From the sequence record DRR723986_11253: DNA of 45,261 nucleotides; one strand, written 5' to 3'. Of this stretch, positions 19,630 to 27,713 are shown piece after piece; position 1 is the stretch's first letter; each line of letters starts with the position of its first letter. The notes beneath the pieces were generated by a model that saw nothing but the letters and a program-made list of their open reading frames with translations, made no database searches and was not told the origin of the DNA. The translations under genes were made by a program, and so were the position numbers.

Positions 19630-21515
19630 TGAGTTTGGAAACAACCCTACTACCAGAAATACAGAAAATCATTTCTGAATTGTATGCATCTGACATTGAT
19701 GCCAATCAAATCCAATTACAAAAAACAAAGAAAGATTTTGCTGGAGATATCACACTCGTTACGTTTCCTTTTTTAAAGATATCTAAAAAAGGACCCGAGC
19801 AAACAGGTGAAGAAATTGGAGCTAAAGTGCTTGAGAAAGTTGATGTAGTGAGCGGTTTTAATACGGTTAAAGGCTTTTTGAATTTTGAAATCGCAGATAA
19901 TTATTGGCTGAATGAATTGGCACGTATAGATGCGATAAAAGATTATGGGATAGAAACGGCGAAGAAGGATTTAAAAATGGTGGAATATTCTTCTCCAAAC
20001 ACGAATAAACCACTTCATTTAGGACATTTAAGAAATAACTTTTTAGGGCATTCTGTTTCGCGAATAATGGAAGCTAACGGATCTGAAATGGTCAAAACCC
20101 AAATCATTAATGACCGAGGAATTCATATTTGTAAAAGTATGTTGGCATGGCAAAGATTTGGTAATGGCGAAACACCCGAATCTTCTGGATTAAAGGGCGA
20201 TAAGTTGGTAGGAAAATACTATGTGGAGTTTGACAAAGCCTTGAAAAACGAATCCGCTAGTCTGTTAATCGAGTGGGAGAAAGGTGAATTTGGCCAAGCT
20301 GAAGAAGCTATTGTTCAAGAATTTAAAAAACTTTCTGCAGCAGCGGATGAAAAAGAAGACGAAAAAGCTAGAAAAGCTATTGATGGTAAAATCAAGGAGT
20401 TGATTAATAATCAAACTCAGATTATGCTTGACGTTAAAGAAATGCTACTTAAGTGGGAGGCTAAAGATCCAGAAGTTTATGCGTTATGGCAACAAATGAA
20501 TGGATGGGTTTACGAAGGCTTTGATGTGACCTATGAATCAATGGGGGTAAGTTTTGATAAGCTTTATTACGAGTCAGATACCTATATTACCGGCAAAGAA
20601 TTGGTAGAAAACGGCTTATCTAAAGGAACTTTTTATCAAAAAGATGATGGCTCAGTTTGGATTGATTTGACGGATGAAGGACTTGACGAAAAATTAGTGT
20701 TGAGATCTGACGGTACGGCTGTTTACATGACGCAAGATATCGGAACTGCTTATCAACGATTCAAAGATTATTCGAATTTAAATGGAGTAGTGTATACGGT
20801 TGGAAATGAGCAAGATTACCATTTTAAAGTTTTGTTTCTGATTCTGAAAAAATTAGGCTTCAAATGGGCTGAAAACTGTTTCCATTTATCTTACGGTATG
20901 GTAGATTTACCAACAGGGAAAATGAAATCACGTGAAGGAACAGTAGTTGATGCTGATGACCTGATTGCAGATGTTGTTTTAAAAGCCAAAGAAATGACGC
21001 AAGAGCGCGGTCACATTGAAGGAATGTCGGAAGAGGAGAAAGAAGCTTTATATCATATGATCGGATTGGGTGGCTTAAAGTATTACCTGTTGAAAGTAGA
21101 CCCTAAAAAACGAATGATGTTTAATCCAGAAGAGTCTGTGGATTTGAATGGAAACACAGGTCCTTTTATTCAATATGCTCATGCTAGAATTGCATCTCTA
21201 TTGAGAAAGGCAGATGGCATTGGTACAGTAAATACAGATTTGTCCTTAGAAGAAGCAGAGCGAAATTTAATCAAACATTTAGCCGATTATCCAGATACAG
21301 TAAAACAGGCCGGAACTGATTATTCACCAGCTTTGATTGCTAATTATTCTTTTGATTTGGTGAAATTATATAATTCGTTCTATCAAAGTGTAAGCATTTT
21401 TAAAGAAGAGAATCAGGATCTTATGACTATGCGTTTAATCCTCAGCCGTAAAGTTGGCCAAGTGATTAAATCTGCAATGGGCATGTTGGGAATCCAGGTC
21501 CCTGAAAGAATGTAA
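19629..21515 (+). CDS. argS: Arginine--tRNA ligase
   Basis: VEYSSPNTNKPLHLGHLRN, KMKSREG, GNTGPFIQYAHAR, C-terminal VPERM. Confidence 0.98.
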   Translation: MSLETTLLPEIQKIISELYASDIDANQIQLQKTKKDFAGDITLVTFPFLKISKKGPEQTGEEIGAKVLEKVDVVSGFNTVKGFLNFEIADNYWLNELARIDAIKDYGIETAKKDLKMVEYSSPNTNKPLHLGHLRNNFLGHSVSRIMEANGSEMVKTQIINDRGIHICKSMLAWQRFGNGETPESSGLKGDKLVGKYYVEFDKALKNESASLLIEWEKGEFGQAEEAIVQEFKKLSAAADEKEDEKARKAIDGKIKELINNQTQIMLDVKEMLLKWEAKDPEVYALWQQMNGWVYEGFDVTYESMGVSFDKLYYESDTYITGKELVENGLSKGTFYQKDDGSVWIDLTDEGLDEKLVLRSDGTAVYMTQDIGTAYQRFKDYSNLNGVVYTVGNEQDYHFKVLFLILKKLGFKWAENCFHLSYGMVDLPTGKMKSREGTVVDADDLIADVVLKAKEMTQERGHIEGMSEEEKEALYHMIGLGGLKYYLLKVDPKKRMMFNPEESVDLNGNTGPFIQYAHARIASLLRKADGIGTVNTDLSLEEAERNLIKHLADYPDTVKQAGTDYSPALIANYSFDLVKLYNSFYQSVSIFKEENQDLMTMRLILSRKVGQVIKSAMGMLGIQVPERM

Positions 21516-21887
21516 TTAAGGTTTAGTTCCAACGTAAACTGCAGTATCACCATTTTTATTGAAAGTAAAAGACAATTCTTTTAATTCACCTTGATACAAA
21601 AATGCTGAAACCTCCTCATCTGTTGAAACAGGATCTACATTGATTCCTTGTTGAGTGACCAATACTTCAAAGCTACCGTAGATTGAATCAATTTCGACCA
21701 TACATTTATTCTTTGTGGTAGTGCTAACTCTAACCCCGTGGTTACCCAATAAAATGTCATTTCCATCATGCTTACCCTGCAATACACCTGAGTATGTTCC
21801 TGCAACATTTTCAGCAGGCTGTTCTTTTTCACAAGATGCAAAGCTTATAAGACCTGCGGCAACAATTATAGATAATGACTTTTTCAT
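21516..21887 (-). CDS. Hypothetical lipoprotein (calycin-like beta protein)
   Basis: Lipobox FASC followed by VAGTYSG; -7 box TAAATTTG at 21914-21907. Confidence 0.75.
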   Translation of the reverse strand: MKKSLSIIVAAGLISFASCEKEQPAENVAGTYSGVLQGKHDGNDILLGNHGVRVSTTTKNKCMVEIDSIYGSFEVLVTQQGINVDPVSTDEEVSAFLYQGELKELSFTFNKNGDTAVYVGTKP

Positions 21888-21998
21888 GATTAAGATTTAG
21901 TTTATCCAAATTTATGAAAAAAAATAATCGCTTATTCAATTAACTGTATTGTTCGATAAAATATTCTTCGTAACTTCAGTAGAAGATTAAAGAACACT

Positions 21999-22298
21999 AT
22001 GAAAACTGAAATTAGATTTGTACATGCCGTTCAAAACATAACCTTGGAGGAGCAAGTAAATGAAAAATTGGAAGGCTTAGAACGTAAATACGATTGGATA
22101 ATTAGCGCATCTGTTACTTTTAAAGAAGAGAAACATCCAAACGAAGAAAATTATGTTTGTGATATTAGCGTGAATGTACCCGGTACGCAATTGTTTGCCA
22201 GCTCAAATGAAATCAATTTCAATAAAGCCATTAACACCTGTGTTCAGCAGCTTTCGGTGAGACTTGAGAAACACAAAAGTAAAATGGTTGCACATTAA
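21999..22298 (+). CDS. hpf: Ribosome hibernation promoting factor / RaiA family (short form)
   Basis: KLEGLERKYDWIISASV, VPGTQLFA, FNKAINTCVQQL..RLEKHK. Confidence 0.85.
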   Translation: MKTEIRFVHAVQNITLEEQVNEKLEGLERKYDWIISASVTFKEEKHPNEENYVCDISVNVPGTQLFASSNEINFNKAINTCVQQLSVRLEKHKSKMVAH

Positions 22299-22774
22299 AG
22301 CAATGCAATGATATCTGATTCAATTTTTTCTGGAGTAGTAGTGGGGGCATAGCGATTAACCACTTTACCTTCTCGATTTACTAAGAATTTAGTGAAATTC
22401 CATTTAATTCTTTTACCAAAAATGCTCCCTTTTCTCGATTTTAGATATGCAAATAGGGGATGTTCGTTTTTTCCGTTAACATCAATCTTTGAAAACATTT
22501 GAAAGCTTACGCCATAATTGATAACACATCCTTCTGCAATAGATTTTTCATCTCCAGGTTCTTGTCCTCCAAACTGATCACAAGGAAAACCTAGCACTTC
22601 TAATCCCGCATCTTTGTGTTTTTGATTGAGTTTTTCTAGGCCTTCATATTGTGGGGTAAATCCACACTCGCTAGCCGTATTTACGATTAACATAACTTTT
22701 CCTTTGTATCGATCAAATTCAACCAAATCTCCGTTCAAGGCGTTTGCCGAGCAATTGTATATTGTATCTATCAT
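22295..22774 (-). CDS. Glutathione peroxidase (Cys-type)
   Basis: IVNTASECGFTPQY, LGFPCDQFGGQEPG, IKWNFTKFLV. ATG at 22774 preferred over TTG 22783. Confidence 0.95.
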   Translation of the reverse strand: MIDTIYNCSANALNGDLVEFDRYKGKVMLIVNTASECGFTPQYEGLEKLNQKHKDAGLEVLGFPCDQFGGQEPGDEKSIAEGCVINYGVSFQMFSKIDVNGKNEHPLFAYLKSRKGSIFGKRIKWNFTKFLVNREGKVVNRYAPTTTPEKIESDIIALL

Positions 22775-22936
22775 GTTTATCAAAATTAAAACAACTAAAC
22801 TTTTACTAGCGATAAGAACATAAATTTTAGGAATATGTTTTCAACATTTCTATTTTTTTGTTGAATTTATTGAGGATTTAATTGAATTCAAGTTTCGTTT
22901 TAGAACAATATTTAGAGATTTGTAAAAAAAAAAGCT

Positions 22937-23569
22937 TTGAAAACCATAGTTGAACACTTAATTGAAGGATTCCCGAATTTTTCTGATCAACTCAGAGCAG
23001 AGATAATTTTGCGGGCTAAACTGATTTCAATAAACGAAGGAGAAGAATTGATGTCAATTGGTGGGAATTTCAGAACAATTCCCTTAATAGTTAAAGGATC
23101 AATAAAAGTTGTAAGGGAAGATGATGAGGGGAATGAGATATTTTTATACTACTTAAGACCAGGTGAAACCTGTGCAATGTCAGTCAATTGTACTATGTCA
23201 GGAAGATTGAGCGAGGTAAATGCTACCGCAGAAGAGGATTCAATTATTATTGCGGTTCCTTCAACCGAAGCTGGAGATTGGTTGAGTAAGTTTGATGAAT
23301 GGAGAGCATTTATCTTGAATACTTATCAAAATAGGTTTACTGAATTATTGCATACCATTGATGGCATAGCCTTTAAGCAACTAGATATTCGAATTTTAAA
23401 TTATTTAGCTGATAAGTCGGCACTTTCAGGTGTTAAGATCTTGCATTTAAGTCATCAGGACATAGCGACCGATCTCAATTCGTCACGAGAGGTAATTTCT
23501 AGAGTCTTAAAAATCCTAGAGAAGCAAGGGAAATTGAGTTTGGGTAGAAATAAAATTGAACTAATGTGA
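22937..23569 (+). CDS. Crp/Fnr family transcriptional regulator
   Basis: cNMP-like domain (GNEIFLYYLRPGETC) and C-terminal HTH HQDIATDLNSSREVISRVLK; TTG start. Confidence 0.93.
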   Translation: MKTIVEHLIEGFPNFSDQLRAEIILRAKLISINEGEELMSIGGNFRTIPLIVKGSIKVVREDDEGNEIFLYYLRPGETCAMSVNCTMSGRLSEVNATAEEDSIIIAVPSTEAGDWLSKFDEWRAFILNTYQNRFTELLHTIDGIAFKQLDIRILNYLADKSALSGVKILHLSHQDIATDLNSSREVISRVLKILEKQGKLSLGRNKIELM

Positions 23570-23580
23570 CATCCGTCACT
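23565..23580. promoter_or_regulatory. CRP/FNR-type palindromic site
   Basis: TGTGA-CATCCG-TCACT, one mismatch to TGTGA-N6-TCACA; core GTGAC-N4-GTCAC is a perfect inverted repeat. Confidence 0.7.
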
Positions 23581-23625
23581 GAACATCAACTGCTGATTGT
23601 GTTACTTTGAACTATTATTAATAAG

Positions 23626-24027
23626 ATGATCAAAAAAGGAACGAAACTTTATAGCATTTTCAAGAATAAATGCCCAAGATGTCAAGAAGGTGAATTTTTT
23701 GAAACCACCAATCCCTATGATTTGAAAAGAATGGGGAAGATGCATGAAAAATGCTCAGTTTGCGAACAAAAATTTGAACCTGAAACAGGGTTTTATTTTG
23801 GAGCTATGTATGTGAGTTATGCATTGGGTGTTGCCATTTTTGTTTCGATCTGGGTAGCTTGTTTAGTATTAAGTCCTGACATGCATCCAGCTGGAATTTT
23901 TGGCTTAGTAGTTCTAGGACTATTGGTGTTGTTCCCGATTTCTTTTAGATTATCCAGAAGAATTTGGATTAATCTATTTGTAAAATATGAAGAAAAGGAA
24001 GTAAGATCATCCAATCAAACGAATTAA
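23626..24027 (+). CDS. DUF983 family zinc-ribbon membrane protein
   Basis: CPRCQEG...CSVC..FEPETGFYFGAMYVSYAL, then two TM helices. Confidence 0.9.
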   Translation: MIKKGTKLYSIFKNKCPRCQEGEFFETTNPYDLKRMGKMHEKCSVCEQKFEPETGFYFGAMYVSYALGVAIFVSIWVACLVLSPDMHPAGIFGLVVLGLLVLFPISFRLSRRIWINLFVKYEEKEVRSSNQTN

Positions 24028-24029
24028 AA

Positions 24030-24341
24030 ATGGGATTATTAGGAACCTTATTAGGAAGAAAAAACGAAGCAGCGCAAAATTTGATTAATCAAGGAGCGGT
24101 AATTATTGATGTTAGAACACCTGGAGAATTTTCTGGAGGTAAAGTTGCTGGATCTAAAAACATTCCTTTGAATGAAATTCAGAAGCGAGAGAAAGAAATC
24201 ATGAAAATTAATAAACCAATTGTTTTTTGTTGTGCATCTGGTGGCAGAAGTGGACAGGCAACTTCATATTTTAAAAGCAAAGGCTTAAATTGTGAAAATG
24301 GTGGTGGTTGGATGACCGTTAATGGAATGGTGAATCAGTAG
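24030..24341 (+). CDS. Rhodanese-like domain protein
   Basis: IIDVRTPGEF, GSKNIPL, CCASGGRS active-site loop, NGGGW. Confidence 0.93.
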   Translation: MGLLGTLLGRKNEAAQNLINQGAVIIDVRTPGEFSGGKVAGSKNIPLNEIQKREKEIMKINKPIVFCCASGGRSGQATSYFKSKGLNCENGGGWMTVNGMVNQ

Positions 24342-24429
24342 CTAGCATAGTTTCTGACAAAATAAAAATAGAAAGATGTAACTTTTCGTAGTGCTGGTTT
24401 GTTCAACTTACAAACCCAAAATAAGTACT

Positions 24430-25326
24430 ATGAAATATTTAATACTTCTTCTATCAGTCATTTCAATTTCAGGTTATTCTCAACAAGACCCTTACTTCGT
24501 AAGTGATGGATTCACTCCTTTTTGGAATAATCCAGCAGGAACAGCAAGTAAGAATACTTTATCTGCGAATACCATCTACAGAAACCAATGGCCAGCCCTA
24601 AGTTGGAATGTTCAGAATTTGGCATTCAATGTTGAGGCTGATGTGCATATTGGCGGCAAAAGTGATTACAAAAATGGTTTGAATATTCCTTTGGGCATCA
24701 ATGCTATTTTCGAAAAGAACGGCCCTCAACGGATACAAACCATTAATATTCCCATTGCGGTTCCAATTACTCTAGGGAATTCTAAATTAGCTGTAGGTGT
24801 TTCAGCTGGTGTAAAAAATATGAGTGTGAATTGGGCTTACGTGACATTTGGAGATCCTGTTCCCAATCAAGATGGTGCGCGATTTGATTTGAATGCAGGC
24901 TTGTTTTGGTACGGAAAAAGACACTACGTAGGTATTTCAGGAACCAATTTGACAACGCCAAATTTTGGAGGTTTTCAATCTGCAAGACATTTCTATTTGC
25001 AGGCCGGGTATCAATTCAAGGTTGGACAGCATGCAATATACCCTATGTTAAATGCAGCCTATGTTGCCGGATTCCAAACCGTAAGAACAATGGCCTATTT
25101 TCAATTTAAAGAAGATGTTTTCTCCATAGGTGTAGGATATAATTTTAGGTCTTCAGCAGCCTTTGGAGCAACGGTTCGCATCAAGAAATTTAAATTAGCC
25201 TATTATTTTGAGTACTTCCAAAGCACATTAGGCAATGCAAACGGCAATGCGCATGAAGTTCGGTTGAGTTATTCTATTCCTAAAAAATCAACTCCAATTG
25301 TTGCTACTGGAAATCCTCCATTTTAA
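24430..25326 (+). CDS. PorP/SprF family T9SS outer-membrane protein
   Basis: SQQDPY...NPA, YRNQW, HFYLQAGY, HEVRLSY. Start moved from GTG 24391 to ATG 24430, which gives a clean signal peptide. Confidence 0.88.
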   Translation: MKYLILLLSVISISGYSQQDPYFVSDGFTPFWNNPAGTASKNTLSANTIYRNQWPALSWNVQNLAFNVEADVHIGGKSDYKNGLNIPLGINAIFEKNGPQRIQTINIPIAVPITLGNSKLAVGVSAGVKNMSVNWAYVTFGDPVPNQDGARFDLNAGLFWYGKRHYVGISGTNLTTPNFGGFQSARHFYLQAGYQFKVGQHAIYPMLNAAYVAGFQTVRTMAYFQFKEDVFSIGVGYNFRSSAAFGATVRIKKFKLAYYFEYFQSTLGNANGNAHEVRLSYSIPKKSTPIVATGNPPF

Positions 25327-25345
25327 TAATTGCTAATTCGTTAAA

Positions 25346-26230
25346 ATGAGGATTTTTATCACGATTATATTATTATCATCAATGGTTAGTTTTGCTCAGC
25401 AGGACCCGAATTTAAGGTCTGACGGTTTCTCGCCTTTCTGGACGAATCCGGCTTCATATGGAGTTAATAATAATTTAAGCACTCATTTAATAGGGAAACT
25501 TCAGTGGACGGGACTAGAAGGCGCACCAAAACTTTTTATGACCAACACGGAGGCCTATTTACATGTTGGTCCTTCTCAAGATAACCCGAAAGTTAAATTT
25601 GGAACAGGAATAATGTATACGGGATTTTTAATAGGTTTCCAAAAGACTCAAATTTTGAAAATACCGATTAATATAATCACCAATTTGGGAAAATGTCAAC
25701 TTGGGGTAGGTGTAGGATTAGGATTTCTAAGAAACGGTTTCACTTCTAATTGGGTACCACCAATGACCACTAACGATCCGCTTCTCCCAGCTGCAAGTAG
25801 CCAATCAAAATTTGACATGGATGCAGGCATCTTTTTAAATCATAAAAATTTTTACGTAGGAATTTCTAGTACACATTTGTTTCAACCACTCTTTAGCGAA
25901 ATCAATTTTCAATCTGCTAGGCATTACTATTTGCAAGGGGGATGTCGATTTAAAGTTGGAGAACATCACATAGTACCTCAAGTAAATTTAAAGGCTGATG
26001 GAGCAAGTATTTTGTTTTGGAATTTGAACTATTTCCAATTTAAGGAGGATATCTTCTCAATCGGTGCAGGATTTGGTATGGGACGGGAATTGCTGTTGGC
26101 GGCTACCTATAGATTTAAAGCGTTTAAGATTGCTTATAATTTCGATTTAAATTTTGGCCCTTTGTCTAATCAAACGTCAGGATCTCACGAGTTAAGATTG
26201 AGCCTTGTGTTTCCGAAAAGTCTTGACTAA
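25346..26230 (+). CDS. PorP/SprF family T9SS outer-membrane protein (paralog)
   Basis: AQQDP...NPA, QWTGLEGAP, HYYLQGG, SGSHELRL. Confidence 0.9.
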   Translation: MRIFITIILLSSMVSFAQQDPNLRSDGFSPFWTNPASYGVNNNLSTHLIGKLQWTGLEGAPKLFMTNTEAYLHVGPSQDNPKVKFGTGIMYTGFLIGFQKTQILKIPINIITNLGKCQLGVGVGLGFLRNGFTSNWVPPMTTNDPLLPAASSQSKFDMDAGIFLNHKNFYVGISSTHLFQPLFSEINFQSARHYYLQGGCRFKVGEHHIVPQVNLKADGASILFWNLNYFQFKEDIFSIGAGFGMGRELLLAATYRFKAFKIAYNFDLNFGPLSNQTSGSHELRLSLVFPKSLD

Positions 26231-26256
26231 ATGAGATGCTTGAAAAAAATAATAGG

Positions 26257-26619
26257 CTAGAATGGCCCTAACTCATTAGGAGAATCTTCCATCATGACCT
26301 GACCGATATCCCATAATTCAACGATTTGATCTCCAACAATTTTGAAAATATGGATGACAACGATTTCCATATCTTTTTTTGAGACAATAGAATGCGTAAT
26401 CACCTTGTTGTTTGCTTCGAAAACCTCTTTAACCTCAATTGCAGTATTCGGGTTGCTTAGATGATCTTCTAGCATTGCATCCATTAGAGATTGCCGATCA
26501 CTTTTAAAATATTGATTGTGATGAACAAAATTTAAGGCTACATATTTATCGTAGGCCTCTTGCACTTTTCCGGTCCCCGCAAGTTTTAGGAAATCTACTG
26601 CAATTTCTTTTTGGGTCAT
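26257..26619 (-). CDS. SnoaL-like / NTF2-fold protein
   Basis: FVHHN, IHIFKIVGDQIVELWD, C-terminal SPNELGPF. Confidence 0.85.
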   Translation of the reverse strand: MTQKEIAVDFLKLAGTGKVQEAYDKYVALNFVHHNQYFKSDRQSLMDAMLEDHLSNPNTAIEVKEVFEANNKVITHSIVSKKDMEIVVIHIFKIVGDQIVELWDIGQVMMEDSPNELGPF

Positions 26620-26638
26620 TTTAATTTAGATTTTCAGT

Positions 26639-26773
26639 TTATTCTTCTTCGAGTCTTATCCTCCGCCATTCTTTATCAGATTTAACCTTGTTGTGATATG
26701 CTATAAATATTAATGAAACAGGAAAGAAAATTATTACCAGTGTCCATTTCAATATATTAATTAAGAATTTCAA
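26639..26773 (-). CDS. Small single-TM protein (44 aa)
   Basis: TTG at 26773, 7 nt after the upstream stop: MKFLINILKWTLVIIFFPVSLIFIAYHNKVKSDKEWRRIRLEEE; fills the gap between same-strand genes. Confidence 0.55.
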   Translation of the reverse strand: MKFLINILKWTLVIIFFPVSLIFIAYHNKVKSDKEWRRIRLEEE

Positions 26774-26780
26774 TTTGACC

Positions 26781-27176
26781 TTATCTTTTAACAGCAAATA
26801 TTTCCTGTACACCAACGCCCATTTCTGAAGTGGTATAAGGCAAATAGAATAGTGGAGCTTCATCCACCGGATTGCTGATGTTAATGCATACAGTGGTCAG
26901 TATTTCTTCTTCAGATAGGGCAACTTCTGCCTCACAACAAATTGCATAGGCTTTCATGCGAGATTCAGCTACTTCTTTTTTACAATAATCTTCTAAGCCT
27001 TGTAGAACAGCACCAACCTTAGGCATGTTTTTAGGGTCATATTCTAATTCTAAAGGATGAACTTGACCTGCCATATCAATGTAGGCTGCAAATGGATAGC
27101 ATTCTCCAGTATCTTTTAGTATTTCTGTGGCGTATTCGTCACAATGTTCTAGTAAGTTTTCGTTTATATCACTCAT
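26781..27176 (-). CDS. Hypothetical acidic protein
   Basis: 131-aa ORF with GECYPFAA motif; no family recognised. Confidence 0.8.
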   Translation of the reverse strand: MSDINENLLEHCDEYATEILKDTGECYPFAAYIDMAGQVHPLELEYDPKNMPKVGAVLQGLEDYCKKEVAESRMKAYAICCEAEVALSEEEILTTVCINISNPVDEAPLFYLPYTTSEMGVGVQEIFAVKR

Positions 27177-27183
27177 TTCCTTT

Positions 27184-27232
27184 TAATTCTTTAATACTGT
27201 AATTCAGCTAATACTTTAATTCTATAATTATT
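27184..27232 (+). repeat. Tandem degenerate octamer array (6 units) at the 3' end of the four-helix-bundle gene
   Basis: TAATTCTT TAATACTG TAATTCAGC TAATACTT TAATTCTA TAATTATT. Confidence 0.9.
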
Positions 27233-27575
27233 TGTACGATTTTTTCTTTGATGAACTGATGATGGAAGATAACAATCTGCTTATTTCGTTGATGTCTTTT
27301 AATAATTCTCCTGGGTCTGGATAGTTCTTTGACTCTTTGCAGATTTGAAGCCAATACTCAGTTTCACTCGCCTCTTTTGCAGCTATCACAAGTTTAGAAA
27401 TAAAATCAGCTCTACTGTGCGGATTTTGAGATTCTCTAATGTTTGCACCAACTGAGGTTCCAGATCGGACTAATTGATTAGAAACAGCAAATTTTCTTTC
27501 CTTATCAAGTAATTCACAAAATTCAATGATTTTCACCGCGAATTTGAAGCTTTTATCTACAATTGGATTATTCAT
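27228..27575 (-). CDS. Four helix bundle protein (23S rRNA IVS-protein / TIGR02436-like family)
   Basis: KSFKFAVKII, QLVRSGTSVGANIRE, SRADFISKL, KEASETEYWL. Confidence 0.93.
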   Translation of the reverse strand: MNNPIVDKSFKFAVKIIEFCELLDKERKFAVSNQLVRSGTSVGANIRESQNPHSRADFISKLVIAAKEASETEYWLQICKESKNYPDPGELLKDINEISRLLSSIISSSKKKSYK

Positions 27576-27581
27576 TTTTAT

Positions 27582-27675
27582 TAATGTTCTAATACTTTGT
27601 TTAATGTTTTACTTAATGTTCTAATGCTTTAATACTGTAATTATAGTATTAAGTTATTACAGAATTATAGCATTA
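27582..27675. repeat. Octamer array plus inverted octamer array (imperfect hairpin) 5' of the four-helix-bundle gene
   Basis: TAATGTTC TAATACTT tgtt TAATGTTT tact TAATGTTC TAATGCTT TAATACTG, centre TAATTA (27638-27643), then inverted units TAGTATTA AGTTATTA CAGAATTA TAGCATTA. Confidence 0.9.
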
Positions 27676-27679
27676 ATAT

Positions 27680-27713
27680 CAAATTTAATTAGGAAACCAA
27701 TTTACTTTTCAAA
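27680..27713 (-). promoter_or_regulatory. Promoter of the four-helix-bundle gene
   Basis: TAAATTTG (27687-27680) with TTTG (27713-27710) 22 nt upstream. Confidence 0.6.

Noticed and set aside
22295-22774. Selenocysteine glutathione peroxidase
   Set aside because: The active-site codon is TGT (Cys) and there is no in-frame TGA.
22855-22936. TTGA repeats, TTGAATTCAA palindrome and A10 tract between the peroxidase and Crp genes
   Set aside because: Not distinguishable by eye from AT-rich background; A-rich stretches before start codons are normal in Bacteroidota.
27228-27575. Diversity-generating retroelement or rRNA intervening sequence, suggested by the Avd/IVS-like protein
   Set aside because: No reverse transcriptase, no template/variable repeat pair and no rRNA sequence seen in the window.
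27184-27675. CRISPR array or IS element
   Set aside because: Units are 8 nt with no unique spacers, and there are no cas or transposase genes. The TTTCCT/AGGAAA 6-bp inverted ends (27176, 27691) are too short to call terminal repeats.
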